A stretch of DNA of 64,000 nt from Firmicutes bacterium CAG:345 (lineage in GTDB: Bacteria > Bacillota_I > Bacilli_A > RFN20 > CAG-288), in contig FR893375.1 in NCBI GenBank assembly GCA_000433315.1, forward strand, positions 115,049 through 179,048, written 5' to 3'. This document shows, in pieces, positions 60,759-64,000 of this stretch. Position 1 is the stretch's first letter. Each line of letters starts with the position of its first letter. Both the position numbers and the translations under genes were made by a program. A model generated the notes under the pieces. That model did no database searches. It had not been told where the DNA came from and worked only from the letters and a program-made list of their open reading frames with translations.

Positions 60759-61952
60759 ATGACACTTGTCGAAAGATTTTTAAAATATGTTTCTTTTCCT
60801 ACAACATCCGGAGAAGACAGAGAAGGAAAATGTTCTACAGACGGACAATATGTATTAGCTGAAGAATTAAAAAAAGAATTATCAGAACTTGGATTAACCG
60901 ATATCTCCAGCAACGAATATGGAATAGTTTATTCTACTTTAAAAGGAGAAGGAAATTTAACCATTGCATTGCTGGCACATATGGATACCTCTCCTTCAGC
61001 AAGTGGAGAAAATATCAAGCCACGTATAATTGAAAACTATGATGGAACAGATATAGAATTAAGTCAAAATATCTATCTTAAACCTCAAGAATTCGAAACA
61101 TTAAAAGATAAAAAAGGACATAAATTAATAGTTACCGATGGAAAAACATTATTAGGCGGAGATGATAAAGCTGGTATTGCAATTATTATGACCGTTTTAG
61201 ATGAATTGATAAAAGAAAATAAAAAACATGTAAATATAGAAGTTATCTTTACAACAGATGAAGAAATCGGTACTGGAGTTCACCATGTTGAAATGGATAA
61301 AATTCATGCCGCTTATGGCTATACAGTAGATGGTGGAAGTTCAAAATATATCAACAAATCAAATTTTAATGCCATAAATATGGAAGTAACAATAAAAGGT
61401 CGTTCAGTTCACCCAGGATCGGCTAAAAACAAAATGATTAACGCCAATACATATGCTATGATTTACGACCATAGTTTGCCACAATTTGAACGCCCAGAAT
61501 ACACCGAAAAAAGAGAAGGCTTCTTTCACCTTTGCGAAATGAAAGGATCAGAAGAAGAAGTTCATCTTTCCTATATTTTAAGAGATTTTTCTAAATCAGA
61601 TTTAGATCACAGATGTTATATAGCGAAAAAAACCGCTGAAGAAATAAATCATAGTCTTGGATATGAGGCAGTCGAAGTAACCTTAATTCCTTGCTATAAC
61701 AATATGGAAGATATTTTAGAGAAAAATCCACAAGTTATCAAAAGAATCACCGATGCCTATAAATCATTAAATCTAGATTATGAATTTGAAGACATACGCG
61801 GTGGAACCGATGGCGCACAACTATCATTTAGAGGACTTCCATGTCCTAATTTAGGAACAGGAGATTACAATTGCCATGGCCGTTTCGAATATGTTGATGT
61901 TAATGAAATGGAAACTATGGTCAAAGTACTTAAACAAATGTTAATAAAATAA
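60759..61952 (+). CDS. pepT: Peptidase T (tripeptide aminopeptidase, M20B)
   Basis: LVERFLKYVSFPTTS N-terminus, LLAHMDTSP, GGDDKAG, TTDEEIG. AAGGAG RBS. Confidence 0.9.
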   Translation: MTLVERFLKYVSFPTTSGEDREGKCSTDGQYVLAEELKKELSELGLTDISSNEYGIVYSTLKGEGNLTIALLAHMDTSPSASGENIKPRIIENYDGTDIELSQNIYLKPQEFETLKDKKGHKLIVTDGKTLLGGDDKAGIAIIMTVLDELIKENKKHVNIEVIFTTDEEIGTGVHHVEMDKIHAAYGYTVDGGSSKYINKSNFNAINMEVTIKGRSVHPGSAKNKMINANTYAMIYDHSLPQFERPEYTEKREGFFHLCEMKGSEEEVHLSYILRDFSKSDLDHRCYIAKKTAEEINHSLGYEAVEVTLIPCYNNMEDILEKNPQVIKRITDAYKSLNLDYEFEDIRGGTDGAQLSFRGLPCPNLGTGDYNCHGRFEYVDVNEMETMVKVLKQMLIK

Positions 61953-61964
61953 ATTTTAAGAATT

Positions 61965-62010
61965 AAAAAAGGGATGAAAACCTAAGTTAGGTTTCTAAAC
62001 ATCCCCTTTT
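61965..62010. terminator. Bidirectional nested-hairpin terminator (copy B of the AACCT..AGGTT element)
   Basis: Outer stem GGGATG/CATCCC(C), inner stem AAACCTAA/TTAGGTTT, flanked by A and T runs between convergent genes. Confidence 0.7.
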
Positions 62011-62732
62011 TATTTAGACAATTTATCTTTTAAATCTTTAGCTTTATCTTTTAATTGAGAAAAATATGAATTGACTTTTTCGTTTAAATCTTCAGTTGAA
62101 AAAGGAATAACTCTAGAAATAAATTCTTTTCTCTTTTTATTTTCAGCTGTAAGATATTCCTTAAGTTTTTCAAATGGCAATACCTCTTGTGCTTTTTTAG
62201 ACAAAGAGCGCAAACGCACAGATACTTTCATACTTATACAGAAATCGATAAATAATATTCCATATATAATTCCTAAAAAGAAAGAAAAACTCAAATTGTT
62301 TTCTGTCCAAATAAAGATATTTTTGAATGGTTGATATAAAGTAAATAAGAAAGCTACACCGATAACAGCCCATATTATTGAAAATAAAGGGCAGATAATT
62401 CCTTGTATATTTCCCCATCTTGAAGAATAATCCCAAAGTTTGATATGCATTCCTTTAATGAAGATAATACCAGCAATGTATTCAATTAATGTTAATAAGA
62501 CTAAAAACAAAATTGCTTTGTAATACCATGCTATGGATAAATCAGAAATAAAATATAAGATTACAACACCAAATCCATATAAAGGAATAAAAGGACCATT
62601 TAAAAATCCAGGATTGATCCATTTTTTATGAACTATTCTTCTAAAGAAAAGTTCAAGAATCCATCCACACATTCCACCTATTGCGAATAAAATTAAATAA
62701 CCTATAATAATTGAATATATTTTCATATTCAT
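62010..62732 (-). CDS. Polytopic membrane protein (resembles the putative ABC-transporter type IV / CmpB-like family)
   Basis: GGMCGWILELFFRR...NGPFIPLYGFG N-terminal pattern, with about six TM helices and a charged tail. Confidence 0.4.
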   Translation of the reverse strand: MNMKIYSIIIGYLILFAIGGMCGWILELFFRRIVHKKWINPGFLNGPFIPLYGFGVVILYFISDLSIAWYYKAILFLVLLTLIEYIAGIIFIKGMHIKLWDYSSRWGNIQGIICPLFSIIWAVIGVAFLFTLYQPFKNIFIWTENNLSFSFFLGIIYGILFIDFCISMKVSVRLRSLSKKAQEVLPFEKLKEYLTAENKKRKEFISRVIPFSTEDLNEKVNSYFSQLKDKAKDLKDKLSK

Positions 62733-62775
62733 ATTTTAGCAAACAATTGAATAATTTTTAATTGTTTTTTATTTA

Positions 62776-64000
62776 TTATCCTTCATTTGATTCTGAACGT
62801 TGAGAAATAAAGAACAAATGGTCTCCTGCACGTTCCAAATTACCTACAAGATTTATAAAAATACCTGAGACTTCAGCTTTGCAAGTTCCATTATTTAATC
62901 TTTCCAAATGTCCTGCAATCAGTGATGAACGAAGCTTATCGATTTCATCTTCAACTTTTTCAGCTTCCTTCTCTTTTGTTAAATTTTCTTTATAATCTAA
63001 TTCCATAGCTAGGTTATAAGCTTCATTTAACTTTTCTTTCATCGACATCAAATCAGAGTAAACAGCATCTGATAACGTAAGATTACCATCAACTATATTT
63101 TTGGTATAACCAGAAATATTGTCAGCAATTTCAGAAAGACGAACAATATCAGCCAAATTTAAATGCAATCTCGATATTCTTTTTTTACTTTCATCTGTCA
63201 GATTATCACCATTGATTTTAATAAGGTAGCCGACTAAATTTTTCGACATTTCTTCAACAGTCTTTTCATTTTTCAATATTTCTTGACATTTATTCGAATC
63301 TCTATTTAAAAAAGATATTAAAGCCATATTGAGATTATCCATACTTATAGTCGCCATTTTCTTAAAGTATAAATAAGCTCTATCAACAGCGATTTCTGGG
63401 CTATTAAGAAGACGATTATCGAGTTCCTTATTCATATTTTTATCATTTTTCTTATCAGGAACTAAAATTGTTGAAACCTTCACTAAAACATTGACAAAAG
63501 GTAAAAATAATAAAGCACAAATAACATTAAAAAATGTGTGAAACATGGCAATTTGTGTTGCTGGAGAAGAGAAGATTCTCTTAAAAGTCAAATCATTAAA
63601 ATCTCGGAAGAAATATAAAAATATAAAAAATATCAACGAACCAATGCAATTAAATAAAAGATGGATAACAGCTGCTCTTTTTCCGTTGGTAGAAGAGCCA
63701 ATACTTGAAATCAAAGCCGTAACACAAGAACCGATATTAGTTCCAAGAATTACAAAAAACACACCATTTCCTGTTCCACCAACAACTACACCTGCTAACG
63801 CTAAAGCAATCAAGATAGAAGTAACAGCTGAAGATGATTGGAAAATCGCTGTAACAGCTATTCCAATAAATAAAAGCAAAAATGGATTATCAATAGAAGA
63901 TAATAAATCACTTATATAATTATTTTCTGAAAAAATCAAATCCAAATTTGATCTCATAACAAATATTCCTAAAAATAATAGACCTAATCCACAAATGAAG
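62776..64000 (-). CDS. Na/Pi-cotransporter II-related protein with C-terminal PhoU-like repeats. The N-terminus lies beyond the right window edge.
   Basis: Repeated QSSSA(V)TS-type transporter motif and a C-terminal PhoU-like helical domain (ERAGDH). The frame stays open upstream of the tracked Met (..FICGLGLLFLGIFVMRS) to the window end. Confidence 0.7.
   Translation of the reverse strand, partial: FICGLGLLFLGIFVMRSNLDLIFSENNYISDLLSSIDNPFLLLFIGIAVTAIFQSSSAVTSILIALALAGVVVGGTGNGVFFVILGTNIGSCVTALISSIGSSTNGKRAAVIHLLFNCIGSLIFFIFLYFFRDFNDLTFKRIFSSPATQIAMFHTFFNVICALLFLPFVNVLVKVSTILVPDKKNDKNMNKELDNRLLNSPEIAVDRAYLYFKKMATISMDNLNMALISFLNRDSNKCQEILKNEKTVEEMSKNLVGYLIKINGDNLTDESKKRISRLHLNLADIVRLSEIADNISGYTKNIVDGNLTLSDAVYSDLMSMKEKLNEAYNLAMELDYKENLTKEKEAEKVEDEIDKLRSSLIAGHLERLNNGTCKAEVSGIFINLVGNLERAGDHLFFISQRSESNEG

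Overview
This is a strongly AT-rich, standard-code bacterial segment. TGA acts as a stop (for example the ychF/ispF ATGA overlap) and Trp is TGG. Gene order is typical of low-GC Bacillota: rnpB-gpsB, prfA-prmC, pcrA-ligA-gatCAB, recU-ponA and hrcA-grpE-dnaK-dnaJ. Penicillin-binding proteins (PBPs) and ComEA/ComEC are present, so this is a walled organism, not a code-4 mollicute. The window is almost entirely core housekeeping. I saw no transposase, integrase, phage genes, CRISPR array or recognisable defence island.

RNA features I can read directly:
- a 3'-truncated type-B RNase P RNA at the left edge (minus strand)
- a tRNA-Asn(GTT)/tRNA-Glu(TTC) pair with a near-consensus promoter
- a guanine-type purine riboswitch upstream of a purine permease
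- an FMN riboswitch upstream of a RibU-like ECF S component
- a degenerate CIRCE operator upstream of hrcA

Observations worth a second look:
- Three ORF disruptions: a comEC frameshift inside a T9 tract; an in-frame TAA at codon 3 of the riboswitch-controlled permease; and an in-frame TAA that splits a 1034-aa leucine-rich-repeat (LRR) lipoprotein from a further 172 in-frame codons.
- A tightly packed minus-strand operon encoding a solute-binding-protein-like lipoprotein, a BspA-type LRR lipoprotein, and a membrane GGDEF / sensor / degenerate-GGDEF / EAL protein. This is the best candidate for an uncharacterised surface-sensing c-di-GMP module.
- An orphan cysteine-rich DUF11-like protein.
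- A small family of nested palindromic intergenic elements sharing an AACCT(T)AANTTAGGTT core.

All protein family calls rest on motif recognition by eye. No database search was possible. I do not see strong evidence for a dramatic novel system.
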